DNA of 64,000 nucleotides from Mobula birostris (Eukaryota): assembly GCF_030028105.1 (NCBI RefSeq), contig NC_092391.1, positions 47,217,223-47,281,222 on the forward strand, written 5' to 3'. The notes beneath the pieces were generated by a model that saw nothing but the letters and a program-made list of their open reading frames with translations, was not told where the DNA came from and ran no database searches. The position numbers and the translations under genes are program-made. Within the stretch, counting starts at the first letter, position 1. The number at the start of each line of letters is the position of its first letter. This document shows positions 51,201-62,956 of the stretch, piece by piece.

Positions 51201-51317
51201 AAAATTCCCTCTATTTAATATGTGGCCTCTGTTAAATTCCCCTCTTGTTTATTTTGACTTTTTTTACAGATGTGTCGGAGCAGTACTCCGGTGTGCTCTG
51301 GTAGCACTGTACCCCTG
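48218..51317 (-). mobile_element. hAT DNA transposon with a decayed KIAA1586/ZNF862-like transposase
   Basis: TIRs CAGGGGTTCAGTGCT and AGCACTGTACCCCTG; 8-bp TSD ACTATAAT/ACTATAAC; ORFs with SVLFDESTS, FASDGASVMLG, WHWLNHRLELA, GTRWVAS and a C-terminal AECERGFSHMN. Confidence 0.92.
50572..50992 (-). mobile_element. Tigger/pogo transposase N-terminal fragment (CENP-B-type HTH domains) inside the hAT element
   Basis: AEKIKILDLLKSGMSLAEVGCKIGKNESSICTIK..LSVWLED..IPVDGKMMREKALSLY..EFKASKGWL. Confidence 0.85.
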
Positions 51318-51396
51318 ACTATAACAAACCAATACCAATACAAAAGGGATTGGAATGGGTTAACAAAACAAGTACGGTTAAGTTACAGACTTAAAT

Positions 51397-52177
51397 CAGT
51401 GGTCCCCAACCACCGGGCCGTGGACCGGTACCAGGCTGCAAAGCGTGTGCTACCGGGCCGTGAGGAAACGATATGAGTCAGCTGCACCTTTCCTCATTCC
51501 CTGTCACGCACTGTTGAACTTGAACATAGGGTTGCCAACTGTCCCGTATTTGCCGGGACATCCCGTATATTGGGCTAAATTGGTTTGTCCTGTATTTCCC
51601 CCGCTAAGGTAGAGCGTTCCTATGAAACCTTTCGTGCCGAAATGGCATAAAGCGGAAAAGCAATTACCATTAATTTATAGGGGGAAATTTTTTGAGCATT
51701 CCCAGATCCAAAAAATAACCTAACAAATCATACCAAATAACACATAAAACCGAAAATAAATAACACTAACATACAGTAAAAGCAGGAATGATATGATAAG
51801 TACACAGCCTATATAAAGTAGAAATAATGTATGTACAGTATAGTCGGGAAGATGAAGGCAAAACCGATTTGTGGGAGAAAAATTCGGCACTGACGTGCAT
51901 GTGCACATCACATGCGCACGTCACGCATGCGCACACAGGTGCCTGCGCAAGGCTTCATGGTCATGGTAGTCTTTTCTGGGGTAAAGTGTCCCAGGATTTG
52001 ACTGCTACTTTTGTCCCTTATTTGGGAGTGAGAAAATTGGCAACTCTAACTGTAAAAGACATGTTGAGGTGAGCTTAACCTTACTTGAATACCCGCCTCC
52101 CCCGCCGGTCAGCCGGTCAGCAAGAATATTGTCAATATTAAACCAGTCCGCGGTGCAAAAAAGGTTGGGGACCCCTG
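51397..52177. mobile_element. hAT-Charlie-like MITE
   Basis: TIRs CAGTGGTCCCCAACC and GGTTGGGGACCCCTG; 8-bp flanks ACTTAAAT/AGTTAAAC; second internal TIR pair TAGGGTTGCCAA (51527) and TTGGCAACTCTA (52048). Confidence 0.85.
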
Positions 52178-52528
52178 AGTTAAACAATAAAGTGCAAGAC
52201 CCTAACAAGCTAGATTGCACAGTTAGGAATCCATCTTATCATACAAGAGGTCCATTTAAGGGTGTGATAACAGCAGGATAGAAGCTGCCCTTGAGATTGG
52301 CAGCAAGTGCATTCAGACATTTGCATCTTCTGCTTGATAGGAAAGGGGAGAAGAGAGAATTGGCAGATGCAGTGACCGGCATGGGCTCAGTTCCTGTGTT
52401 GCAGGGCTCCTTTACTGAGGTCTATGCACAGTTCAATCATGACACAGTATCACAACCTGAGGAAGACCTGCTTATTCCATCACCTACTGTCGCTGCCAGG
52501 CACGCCATCTGTAATACTCTGTATTTCT

Positions 52529-53147
52529 CAGACATCCCACCCTGCAAATACTCATTTCAGGGAGGTAGCACCACCGCACCCTGCAACCCCATATCACCCC
52601 GGTCGACCTCCAAGGGTGTATGAAATACTTTGTTTAGTGATTTTGTCTAATCTGTAAACCAAGTTGGGTATATGCAGAAAACGTAACATTAAAATATGTA
52701 CTTATATTATCATGGAGTCATTTTTTTTATTCTATTACAACTTAAAGCAAGTCTTCAGGGAGTTTGGCCTCATCACGTAGGACATCAGTAGAGTAGTTCC
52801 TTAGCCAGCTAGTTTAAATAACGTTAGCTATGCTAATGAATGAATGACATCTGTTAAACTCACCTCAACATGTCTTTTACACTTTAACCCACCATGGGCA
52901 ATAGAAAAGTCACTGTTGCAAACAGTGCAGCGAGCAACACTGTCATTATTTTTGAGGTCGACTGTAAAGCCCGCCCACAGAGAAAACTGATAGGTCTACT
53001 TAGCACAAGGAGAGACCAATCAGGATGTCTCCCTCTCCCTCTCCCAAAAATCGATTTCCGGGATATTGTATATAACTTGCGGGCATCAGGGAGCCGCTAT
53101 CAATATGCGGGAGACTCCCAGAACTTCTGGGGGAGGTGGGATGTTTG
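52529..53147. mobile_element. Non-autonomous TIR element (hAT-like)
   Basis: CAGACATCCCACC and GGTGGGATGTTTG termini; no clear TSD. Confidence 0.6.
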
Positions 53148-54571
53148 CTTTCTTTCCAGACCAGATGAAGCTTCTCGACCTGAAATACCAACTGCCCAGT
53201 TCCCTCCATAGATGTTGCCTGACCTGCTGAGTTCCTCCAGCATTTTGTGTGAGGATCAGTTTGCTCATTTTGGGGTGAGTGGGCCTCAGATGTTATCATA
53301 GTTTCAGCCACTGAGTTCCTACATTAACAATTGCCCACCACTGATATACCGTACGTAGCCAGCCTCGCAGAAATTTCCAGTTTCAGACATTAATCCTTCT
53401 CCTTGTCGCCTTTATCATTTAAAAGCAGAGTGCTGGTGTGAAACTGTTGAAGTTACATCTTTATGTCTGTGAAACTCTGTAATCTTGGTTTTGTTTATCG
53501 CTGAGTTCCAAGGGAAAACTGGGGCAAAGAAGAACCTAATCTTTTAAGTTGATCTATTTTGGTAACGAGAGTGGAGGATCCCTAGTTATTATTATAAGAA
53601 AGGCCGTGATATAAGTTTGTTTGAAAAGCAATCTGACGCTGTCATCTATGGAGGCTGGTAAAGTATAGTGGCAACAGCCACTCTGCTGGGTAGCTGTCCC
53701 GTCCAGCTGAACAAACAGGAACCTCTGCAGTTGACACAATAAATGTTCTGAATAACACCCCATTAACAAATGCTCTAACTATTCAACACTCTTTCACAAA
53801 AGTCATCAAAAATTTTAATGCTGACTTCAGTCTTGAGGATGTTTGGGGTCATTTGTACTGGTCCCAATCCAGCACAATATACCAGACATAAGCCAGACCC
53901 TGTCTTTGGAAATACTTCAGCAATAATTTGCAGCAGGACATTTGGGCTGAGTTGCAGCCCTCTGGACCGGCTGCACTTCCTCGCTGGCTGCCTTGTTGAT
54001 TCCCCAGATAAAATTCCCAAGGAATTCTTAAATTACTGTAATTACATTGTTGCCTTTGTTCAGTGGGATTTGCGAAAGGTAACATTCATCCTGGAATGTA
54101 GGTCCAATATTAGACAAGGCGAACATTATGAGCTGTCAAAGAATTTTAAAGAGAATAATGGGAATAAGTTTGATAAGTGCAGAGTTATCCCCTCACCTCT
54201 GCATTTTACATTAGTGAATTGTAGAAAAAAATGCTTCTCTTAACAGCTTAAAAATATCTGCGTAAATTTCAGAAATATACGTGTGTCTGTGTGTATCCAG
54301 GATGTTCAAATATCTAAATACTGTATGTCTATATTATAAGGCCATAAGACCATAAGATATAGAAGCAGAATTAGGCCATTTCATCATGGCTGCTTGATTT
54401 TGCTTTTCACCTGCAAGCTCCTGCCTTCTCCCCACATCCCTTCACGGCCTGACTAATTAAAAATCTCTGCGTTACACATGTGCAAGTCATTTGAATGCAT
54501 AATTTACATCTGTTACTCTCGTGCAGTGATGTTTATATTGCTTTTTTTTTTACACGCATTGTCTTTTTCAA

Positions 54572-55040
54572 GTCAAGTCAAGTTGCTTTTTATTGTAATT
54601 TCGACCATAACTGCTGGTATATTTCATAGTAAAAATGAAACAATGTTCCTCCAGGAGCATAGTGCTATATGAAACAACACAAAACTACACTAGACCAAGT
54701 GAGACAACACAAGGCTACACTAGACGATGTAAGACAACACAAAAACTACACTAGACTACAGACTTACACAGGACTACTACATCGACTCAGGCCTAGGGGG
54801 CCGGCGTCGGACAAAGGACTACATAGGACTACATAAAGTGCAGGGCAGTACAATAAATTATAAACAAGAAAATAGGCACAGTAGAGGACAAATTACAATA
54901 TAATAATAAATGATGTAGACGTCAGTCTGGTCTCTGGGTATTAAGGAGCCTGATGGCTTGGAGGAAGAAACTGTTGCACAGTCTGGTCGGTACCTTTTGC
55001 CAGATGGCAGGAGGGAGAACAGTTTGTATGAAGGGTGCGT
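54572..55040 (-). mobile_element. Rex1/Babar-like 3' end with an internal tandem repeat of about 32 bp
   Basis: (CAAGT)n tail; repeated AACACAA..CTACACTAGAC at 54675-54757; LPSGKRY motif on the minus strand. Confidence 0.65.
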
Positions 55041-55763
55041 TTATCACAGAGGTTATGTATAATTTATATTAAGTTCAAGTTAACATGTGTTTGTCATGTT
55101 TGAAATGTACTGTGCTGCTGCTGCATACCACTGCTTTTCATGATAGTAAGATCTCTGCCAACAATAGATCCAGAACTTCTTTCAAGAAAAAGACAGGACC
55201 AATGTTCCCTTTAATTTGTATTGACCAGTGTGCACAAAAATCCTGGGCTGTGCAATTTTTTGCCCAATGACAACAACATGTGTGCACTGAATTTTATACA
55301 TAGAGGTTTTAACAGCTAGTAAAATCTGTCAGTAAGAACTTTGATCTCCTCTGGGTTTGAATACTTTTGATCTCGTTCCTCTGCACTCTCATAAAACATA
55401 TGTAGCCAAGCTGTAGCGGGTAATGAAGGATTTTCTAGTCGAAGCTTTTGTACACCATCCATATGTGATTTGCTTGTGAAATGACACTTTAGTATGTCAA
55501 GTTTCCAAATATCACTCCACTTCTTCCCACTTGCAGATTCTCCAGCAATTTTTGCATCATGACAATATATTGAGAGAAACACCAGTTTCTCTATTGTAGA
55601 TAATTATGTCCCATAGCTGCATGTTCCTGACCTCATGAAATTTCAGTGTAGCAGTTTCTATTATTAAGTCATTTTACTTTAAGTGAACTGCCAGTTCTTT
55701 TGTGCTTCACGCCCTTTGCTTCCTTGGAATTTGACATAGTGAAAAAAGATGCTTTCCTGGCAT

Positions 55764-55981
55764 GAAGAAGAAGAAGGAAGCCCTTAACTCCAAGTGGAGT
55801 CATCGGGACGCCGTCTTGACAGGGGTTTTTTAGCAGGCTTTCTTATTTTTATGAGGCTGAGTCGCTAGCTCGACGCTCAACCCAGCACGGATGGAAAACG
55901 TGCAAGGGAGCCAGCTGGATTCGAACTCAGGAGCCTTCGCTCTGAAGTCCGTTGCTGATGCGATTATGCCACCAGCTAGCT
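55764..55981 (-). mobile_element. tRNA-derived SINE
   Basis: 11-bp TSD TTTCCTGGCAT at 55753-55763 and 55982-55992; B box GAGTTCGAATCC; (TTC)n tail. Confidence 0.85.
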
Positions 55982-56004
55982 TTTCCTGGCATATATGGCG
56001 AATA

Positions 56005-56233
56005 AACTTTCCTTGGGCTTCCAGCCGGATATATGTATCAATTATAACCTATGTTTCGAATGACAAGCTCTGTCATTTTCATCAGGGATAATGTCTGGGC
56101 AGGTCTAGTCCAGTGGTATTTATTTCCCCATCATCTATTCCTCCTGATTTGTTCAGGACTGACCAATTAGGAGGGACAGACTATAAGAGTATAAATACCA
56201 TCAGACTAGACATGCCCAGCTGGAACCCCAAGA
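56005..56233 (-). mobile_element. Penelope-derived mini-element with inverted arms and a hammerhead-like motif
   Basis: Homologous to 845-960; inverted repeat CTGGGCAGGTCTAGTCCAGTGGTATTTAT vs ATAAATACCATCAGACTAGACATGCCCAG. Confidence 0.65.
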
Positions 56234-56924
56234 AGCACTTACTTGTCGACATAGTGAATCAGTAATTTCTTCAATAAAAACAGTATAAATAATCCAGTTC
56301 TAAAATCTGCAGACAAATCGTCACGAACTCCATGTTGTCAACACCATGCGCATCAGAAGCTGGAAAGACAAATGTGGTTGGGTGCAATCGTGAAATATAC
56401 TTGACATGCCGGTGAGATCACAAGGGTGACAAACTTCTGTGTACAGTTTAAGTTCCTTTGTGTGCTAGTAACAAAAGATGTGTGCTCGTGCACGAGCGCA
56501 CACCTTAGAGGGAACATTGACCGTGACACGTTTGTATATTTTAACGTCTTTTTCTCAGTGTAAGTGGTACTGCAATCCATCCTGCTCTGATTACAGGAGA
56601 TCCCGACATGCAGCCGTCCTCCACTGCTATGAGCTCCCATTGCACTGCTCAAGCTGCTCTCTGTAGATTCAGTGCCTTCATGCCCAACAGGATCTTAGCT
56701 CGATGGAAGTCATGATACCCTACCTGCCTGCAGGACTTGCTTCTTCTGCTTGAGGTCTGGTGCTGGATATGCTGCTTGGCTAAAGGCATGCTTAGGTCAG
56801 GTCAGGTCATGTTCTGCCTGAGAGGAGGGTCAGTCTGAAGTAGAGCAGGTGGGCCCAGCCACACACCAAGGGAACTGAGTAAGTTTTCCCTGGAACTAAC
56901 TTGGATTCTGCTCGATTCTCGTAG

Positions 56925-57190
56925 AAACAGGCCGTTCGGCCCACCGGTCTGCGCTGACTGCTTACTCTAATTCTATTTTATTTTCCTCACACTCCCATTG
57001 ATTTCCCCTTCCAGAAAGGATATTACTCTCTCCTACACACCAGAGGCAATGAACCCATGAGCCACATAGCTCTAGGGTGTGGAAGGTAAGTGAGGTAAAG
57101 AAAGCAATCGCCGTCATGATGGAGAGAATATTTGATCAGCACACAGGGTCAGGACTGAACCCAGGACACTGGAGCTGTAAGGCTCTGCAC
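56925..57190 (-). mobile_element. Decayed V-SINE
   Basis: AAACAGGCCGTTCGGCCCAC tail and GGACTGAACCCAGGACACTGGAGCTGTAAGGC head. Confidence 0.6.
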
Positions 57191-57249
57191 TTCCGAGTAT
57201 TTTTTTAATCATGGAAAAGTGAAAATAAAATGGTATTTTGGTAAGGTTT

Positions 57250-58062
57250 TGTCACAGTACACGCTAGCAACGACTAGACCCAGGTGTGGAGGAATGATAG
57301 ATTCTCATGGTGAGTGCTGGCAACGACTGGATCCAGGAGCAGAGGAACGGCAGACTGTCACAGAAACGCTAGCAATGACTGGGCCCAGGAGCAGAGGAAC
57401 GGCAGACCGTCACAGAAACGCTAGCAACAACTGGGCCCAGGAGCAGAGGAACAGCAGACCATCACAGAGAGCGTTAGCAATGACTGGACCCAGGAGCAGA
57501 GGAACGGCAGACCGTCACAGACAGCGCTAGCAATGACTGGACCCAGGAGCAGAGGAACAGCAGACTGTCACAGAAACGCTAGCAACAACTGGGCCCAGGA
57601 GCAGAGGAACGGCAGACTGTCACAGACAGCGCTAGCAATGACTGGCCCAGGAGCAGAAGAACGGCAGACTGTCACAGAGAGCGTTAGCAATGACTGGACC
57701 CAGGAGCAGAGGAACGGCAGACTGTCACAGAAACGCTAGCAACGACTAGACCCAGGTGTGGAGAAACAGCAGACTCCCCATGAAGAGATGGAAACAAGAG
57801 GTTATACATCGGAATACCAACAGAGAATCGGAGGCACAACAGAGCGACACCAAGAGACAATTCATTCTCCTCTCAAGGACCCTGTGATCAGCGCTAATCG
57901 AGAGTCCGAACTAAATAACGACAGAAAGCGGAAAGCCTGTGTCAGTCACAATTAACCTGACAAGATTAAACAGTAAGTACAAGTACTTAACGACTCTGGT
58001 TTCGACAACTATTAGTAAATACAGGTGCTCAAGGAGCGCAATGCTCTACAGGGCTGATGACA
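57250..58062. mobile_element. Solo LTR containing a minisatellite
   Basis: TGTCA...TGACA termini; 5-bp TSD GGTTT at 57245-57249 and 58063-58067. Confidence 0.85.
57263..57780. repeat. 52-53 bp minisatellite, about 10 units
   Basis: Unit GCTAGCAATGACTGGGCCCAGGAGCAGAGGAACGGCAGACCGTCACAGAAAC, with starts at 57368, 57420, 57473, 57526, 57578, 57631, 57683, 57735 and diverged outer units. Confidence 0.95.
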
Positions 58063-58284
58063 GGTTTTGCTAACTACTAAATAATAGTTACAGCTACCAT
58101 GTAGGTTAACTATTCACAGCTTTCTGATAGGGTCTTGCAAAAATTAAGGCAGAAGTTAATGAAGAATTGGCCTATCCCAATAAATGAGTAGTAAGATTAC
58201 AGGACTATCGACAAAAGCTCCTCATCCACCCTCAGTTCACATTAGAGCTGAGGAGATGTCTTGGCAGAAAGAGAGAAGACAGAG

Positions 58285-58700
58285 CCTGAGCTACTAGGAG
58301 AGTTTGGATAGGCTAGGCCTCTATTCTTTGGAGTGGAGGAGATTGAGGGCTGGCTTTATGGAGGTGTATAAAATCATGAGATGTTTTTATTGGGTGAATG
58401 CACACAGTCTTCCTCCCAGGGCTGAGGCATTAAGAACTAAAGGGTGTAAGTTTAAGGTAGAGTAAGAGAGATTTAAAAGGGACCCAAGTCTCCAATTCTT
58501 CATGCTGACGGTGATGCATACATGGAACAAGTTGATAGAAAGAGTAGCTGAGGCAGACACATGTAAACGACAGGTACCTGGATAGGAAATGTTTAGAGAG
58601 ATATGGGCAATTGGAATTAGTTTATGTTGGCATCTCAGTCAGCATGAGATGAGTTGGGCCCAAGAACAAGACTGCATGCTGTTTGAGCCTATGACTCGAT
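58285..58700 (+). mobile_element. Old CR1 3' fragment
   Basis: LDRLGLYSLEWRRLR..EVYKIM. Confidence 0.75.
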
Positions 58701-59149
58701 ATGTGCTGGTCACAGCGGACACTACAGTTGACCTTCCGAGAGTAAGGTCAAGGGTCATTGAGAGAACCCCAATCATCCATTTTGCCCTTTTATGTTTGAC
58801 CTGAGAATATTTCATTTGTAGATGAACAAAGCAAAAATGTTGAATGAGCTCTCAGGAAGTGTTATTCTTGCATAATATTCCATTAGAATATCCTCCTCAT
58901 TTGTTTAACTTCTAACGAAAACATACAATGGATTTTCTCTGTCATGATTCAGTTGACAAAATTAGCCCTCCAAACATCCGCATGCCAACCCAACCACATT
59001 CTTAGGAATCTGTTTTTTGAATTACATATAATTACATTGTTTTCCTTCTCTTTTGTTTTCCTTTATCAATCACTTTACCCCGTCTTTTTCACCTTTGTTG
59101 CCCTCACGACCTATGCATCACCCACACCTTTCCTACTCCTTATTCCCTA

Positions 59150-60505
59150 CTTGTTCCCTACTCCTTCCCTTTATTCCATGGTCCACTGTCCTCTCCTATC
59201 AGCTTGCACCTTCTTCAGCTCTGTCTTTCTTCTACCTATAACATCCCAGCTTCTCACTTCATTCCTAGCGCACACCACCATCCCACCTACCTCACCTCAC
59301 CTGCCAACTTGTGCTCCTTCCCCTCCCCGTATCCTTTTGTTCCTTTTCTTTCCAGTCCTGAAGAAGGGTCTTGGCCTGAAATGTCAACTGTACTCTTTCC
59401 GTAGATGCTGCCTGGCCTGCAGAGTTCCTCCAGCATTTTGTGTGTGCTGCCAGATTGTTATTTCCCTCCATAGACGCTGCCTGGCCCACTAAGTTCCTCT
59501 GGTATTTTGTGTGTTGCTCCAGATCACGGCGACTGCAGTCTCTCTTCAGTCGTGAATGAATCCAGTATCTGGGTGTTAATCGATGTTTCTGGAAAAATAA
59601 TCCAGCTGTTGATCTTGCTTTGTGTGAGTCTCTCAGTGACAGAATAAACAATGAAAGCTGTGTAAAATTTATGTTGCCACAGATTCTGGAAACGCTTGGA
59701 GAGGCAATGACTTGCTCCCTTCATGGAGCCCTGTACTGGCACAGTTTAATCAGATTTGCCGTGTGTACGTATTCGGTCCAGATGATAAGTCTCAGACCCC
59801 CAATGTCGACTGTTCATCTCCCTCCACATATTCTTCCTGACCTGCTGAGTTCCTCCGGCATCTTGCTTCTTGCTGACACACACATCACTTGGTCTCGGTC
59901 AAAGTAACTTCTTTCAGTGTTCGCTGAAAAGCAGAAAAGCCTGAGGATGTGGGAAATCCGAACTGAAAACAGAAAGTTTTCAGGAACTCAGCAAATCCCA
60001 CGGCATAAGTGTAAGAGAGAGTCTATGTTTCAGGATGATGATTCCTCTCGTCAGTTCCCTGAGTTCTGATAGAAGTTCAGTGGTCTGAGACAGCAAGAGA
60101 CACAAGAAATAGCTGATGCTAGAGACCTGGAGCAAGACTCACCAATAAGCCAGTGGAGGAACTCAGCAGGTCAGTGAACACCTCTGGAGGGAAATGGACA
60201 GTCAACATTTCAGGCTGAGATACTCTAGCAGGACTGCAAAGGAAGAGGGGATACAAGCAATATAAAAAGTTGAGGGGGAGATAGAATCTGACAGGAGTGG
60301 ACAGCAGAACATGGAATAAAGGGAAGGAGGTGAGGGTGGATAACTATATGGGTGATGGGCAGATCGAGAGGGTGGGGTAGGGGAAGGAGATGGAGCATTG
60401 CGGCCAGTGGGATAAGGGTTCAGAAGGGAGTGGAGGGGAGCACTTACCAGAAGTCAGAGAAATCAATGTTCATGCCATCAGGTTGGAGACTACCAGAGTA
60501 GAATA
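59150..60505. mobile_element. Cluster of Penelope UTR/pLTR fragments in both orientations
   Basis: CAGTCCTGAAGAAGGGTCTTGGCCTGAAATGTC at 59353; repeated pLTR pieces; GSLQPDGMNIDFSDFW at 60444-60500. Confidence 0.7.
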
Positions 60506-62639
60506 CCAATAGTGACAAGATGTGAAACGTTAGCTCTGTTTTCTTACACGCTGAGCATTTCTGGTGCTTTCTGGTTTTAGCCCTGCAATCTCCATCTCGA
60601 GGTCCTAGTGCAAACCTGGAATGGTGCTGCACATTATCTGACAGCATCAGAGGAGTGTGGGCTCTGTGTAACTGATCTCAGCCAAGATAGAAATTAAATT
60701 GCTTTAATTAAGTTCTTAGTATCCCTGATCTGGGAGAATAATAGAAACAACTTGCTTCAGAGAACGTTCCGGTGCATTCAGCCCACTGAGTAGGTGGTGT
60801 CAGTAAGAGGATGATGCAAAAAACCATTTTGTAAATTTATGGTCCTTAGTTTATTAGAGTTTCTGGCCAAGCTGGGGTGGAGGGATCATCAGTCTTTACA
60901 ATGATGACAACACAGCTTTGACTTATTGAATGCCAAGGCTTCACAGGATCATTATCACCAAGTCCCATGAGGATTTGTTAGGCTAGAGAATCCCACACAG
61001 GTTTTAATGTATTTCTCAAAGCAAGAGGGAGGTTGAAGAGGTGAAGAGGTTTAGGGAGGGAATCTTAGAAGGAACACCATAAACAAGGGATGCGAAAGGA
61101 TTGAGTATAGAAATTGTAGAGGGTTGTGGTGGTGACAGGGATAGAGAGTGGTGAGGCTTTAAGAGAAGAGCTTTTATAAACAAGGATGAGAGTTAAAATA
61201 TAAACAGAAGAGATTTGTCAAGGCTAAAGGTCTCAACGCGAAACGTCAAATGTTTATTTTTTCGATAGATGCTACCTGAGCTGCCGAGTTTCTCCAGAAT
61301 TTTGTGTGAGAGTTAAAATGTTTTAAATGTGTATCAGAAACTAATGGTCTAAAGTGCTAGAGGAAGCAAGAAGTTGTTCAGGCCAATCCATAGCTGCCTA
61401 CATCTATGATGCTTGGACACGTATGGGACGTGTAGGAAGAATTGTCGTCTTATGGAACTGTAGGAATTTCCAGCACAAGAGGAGGCCAAATGCCTCCTTG
61501 TAACCACAACAGCAACTAAATCCCTTGATGAGATAGGTCTTTAGCAAGAGGGAATAGATGCATGTGTGTATTACCACGTTCAGTTACAAAGATTAAAAAG
61601 TGTTAAAACCCTCTTCTTCTTGAATTGTAGGTTGAATGGATCTTGGAAAATAGTAATTAAAGGTATAATTAAACTTGGCAGCTTCACCTCACAGACTGAG
61701 ATTGAGAACTTCTTTCTGTGGGATCTTACTGGACATGTTCTTTTCCCACTGTGTTTGAGGGAGTACAGGCTTTTCATGTGGGTTTTCGTATCAACCTTGC
61801 AACACCACTGCAGTTGTTTTCTTTGGAATGCAAGTGGCTGTGGGGAGAATTAATTAATCTGCATAAAATTATGAAGGAACCAGCCGTACTAAATAAGAAA
61901 GAACTAATTCCCTTAGGATTCAAAAATCAGGGGAGTTCGACAAAAAGTCATTGGTGGAATTATTCAAAGGGAAGCAAGGAGAAAGAACATTCACCACTGG
62001 GTGGTGGGACTCACTTCCTGAGAGAGAATGACCAGAAGAACTTTGACTTGATACTAAAAGGTGACTCCTTCTGGACTGATACAATCATAAAAAAGCAAAT
62101 GGATTTTATATGTGTAGTATATTTCCTCTGATTATAGAGTCATAGTGTCACACAGCATAGAAACAGGGCTATTGGCCCAACTTGTCCATGCCAACCTATA
62201 CTAGCCCCATGTTGGACCTGGAGATGACATTGTCTAGAATGTTCTTCAGAATTCAAAAATGAGGCACAAATCTTGGGTTTACAGACATTTTACTAGGTAT
62301 TCATAACGATGAAATATCAGCAAAGCACCGTGTGAGTGGGTAAAACAGCAGTAGGTAACTATCTTTAACAAAGAACCTACCTCATGGTCTTTCTTTATCC
62401 TGAAAACTAGCTCAAGCTGCACAGATAAGGAAATCTCTCTGCTAAGAACAGTTTGTGAGTCACAAGGATTCATACTGCCATGACCTTTCAGCCTTACAAA
62501 CAAACTACAATACATAAATACCGAACCTTCTGAAAATCTACTGAACACTTACAGACAAACAAGTGATTATACAAACATATTAGCAAGTATAAAGAAAGAT
62601 AAAATATAAGAAAAAATAACAATATAGACACTAATCAAA

Positions 62640-62950
62640 TGCCCATTATACTTCTAAACCTTCCCTATCTAAGTACCTGTCCAAGTGAAGTTCAAATGCT
62701 ATGAATGTACTTACCTCAATCATTTCCTCTGGTAGCTCATTGCATATACTGATCCGGGTGAAGAAGTTGCCCCTCAGTTTCCTATTAAATCTGTTCCCTC
62801 TCACCTTAAACCAACACCCTCTAGTTCTTGATTCTCCAACCATGGGAAGGGGGCTGTACACATTCTTCCTCTCTGTGACCCTGTTGATTTTATACACGTC
62901 TGTACAATCACCCCTATTCTCTAGTGCTCCAATGAAGAAAGCCCTAAATA
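62640..62950 (-). mobile_element. CR1 3' fragment
   Basis: ESRTRG..RGNFFTR..NELPEE..LDRYLD. Confidence 0.75.
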
Positions 62951-62956
62951 GTTCAT

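Larger units (their letters stand above)
55200..56519 (-). mobile_element. Internally deleted hAT-like element with a zinc-finger remnant
   Basis: TIRs CAATGTTCCCTTTAA and TTAGAGGGAACATTG; ORF 55316-55582 YCHDAK..GKKWSDIWKLDILKCHFTSKSH. Confidence 0.7.

Noticed and set aside
53818-54243. 141-aa ORF in unique sequence (similarly 20425-20766 and 58944-59492)
   Set aside because: No recognisable domain or convincing splice signals; the last overlaps a Penelope UTR.
57263-57780. Regular repeats resembling a CRISPR array
   Set aside because: Units are head-to-tail with no unique spacers, lie inside a solo LTR, and there are no cas genes; the context is eukaryotic.
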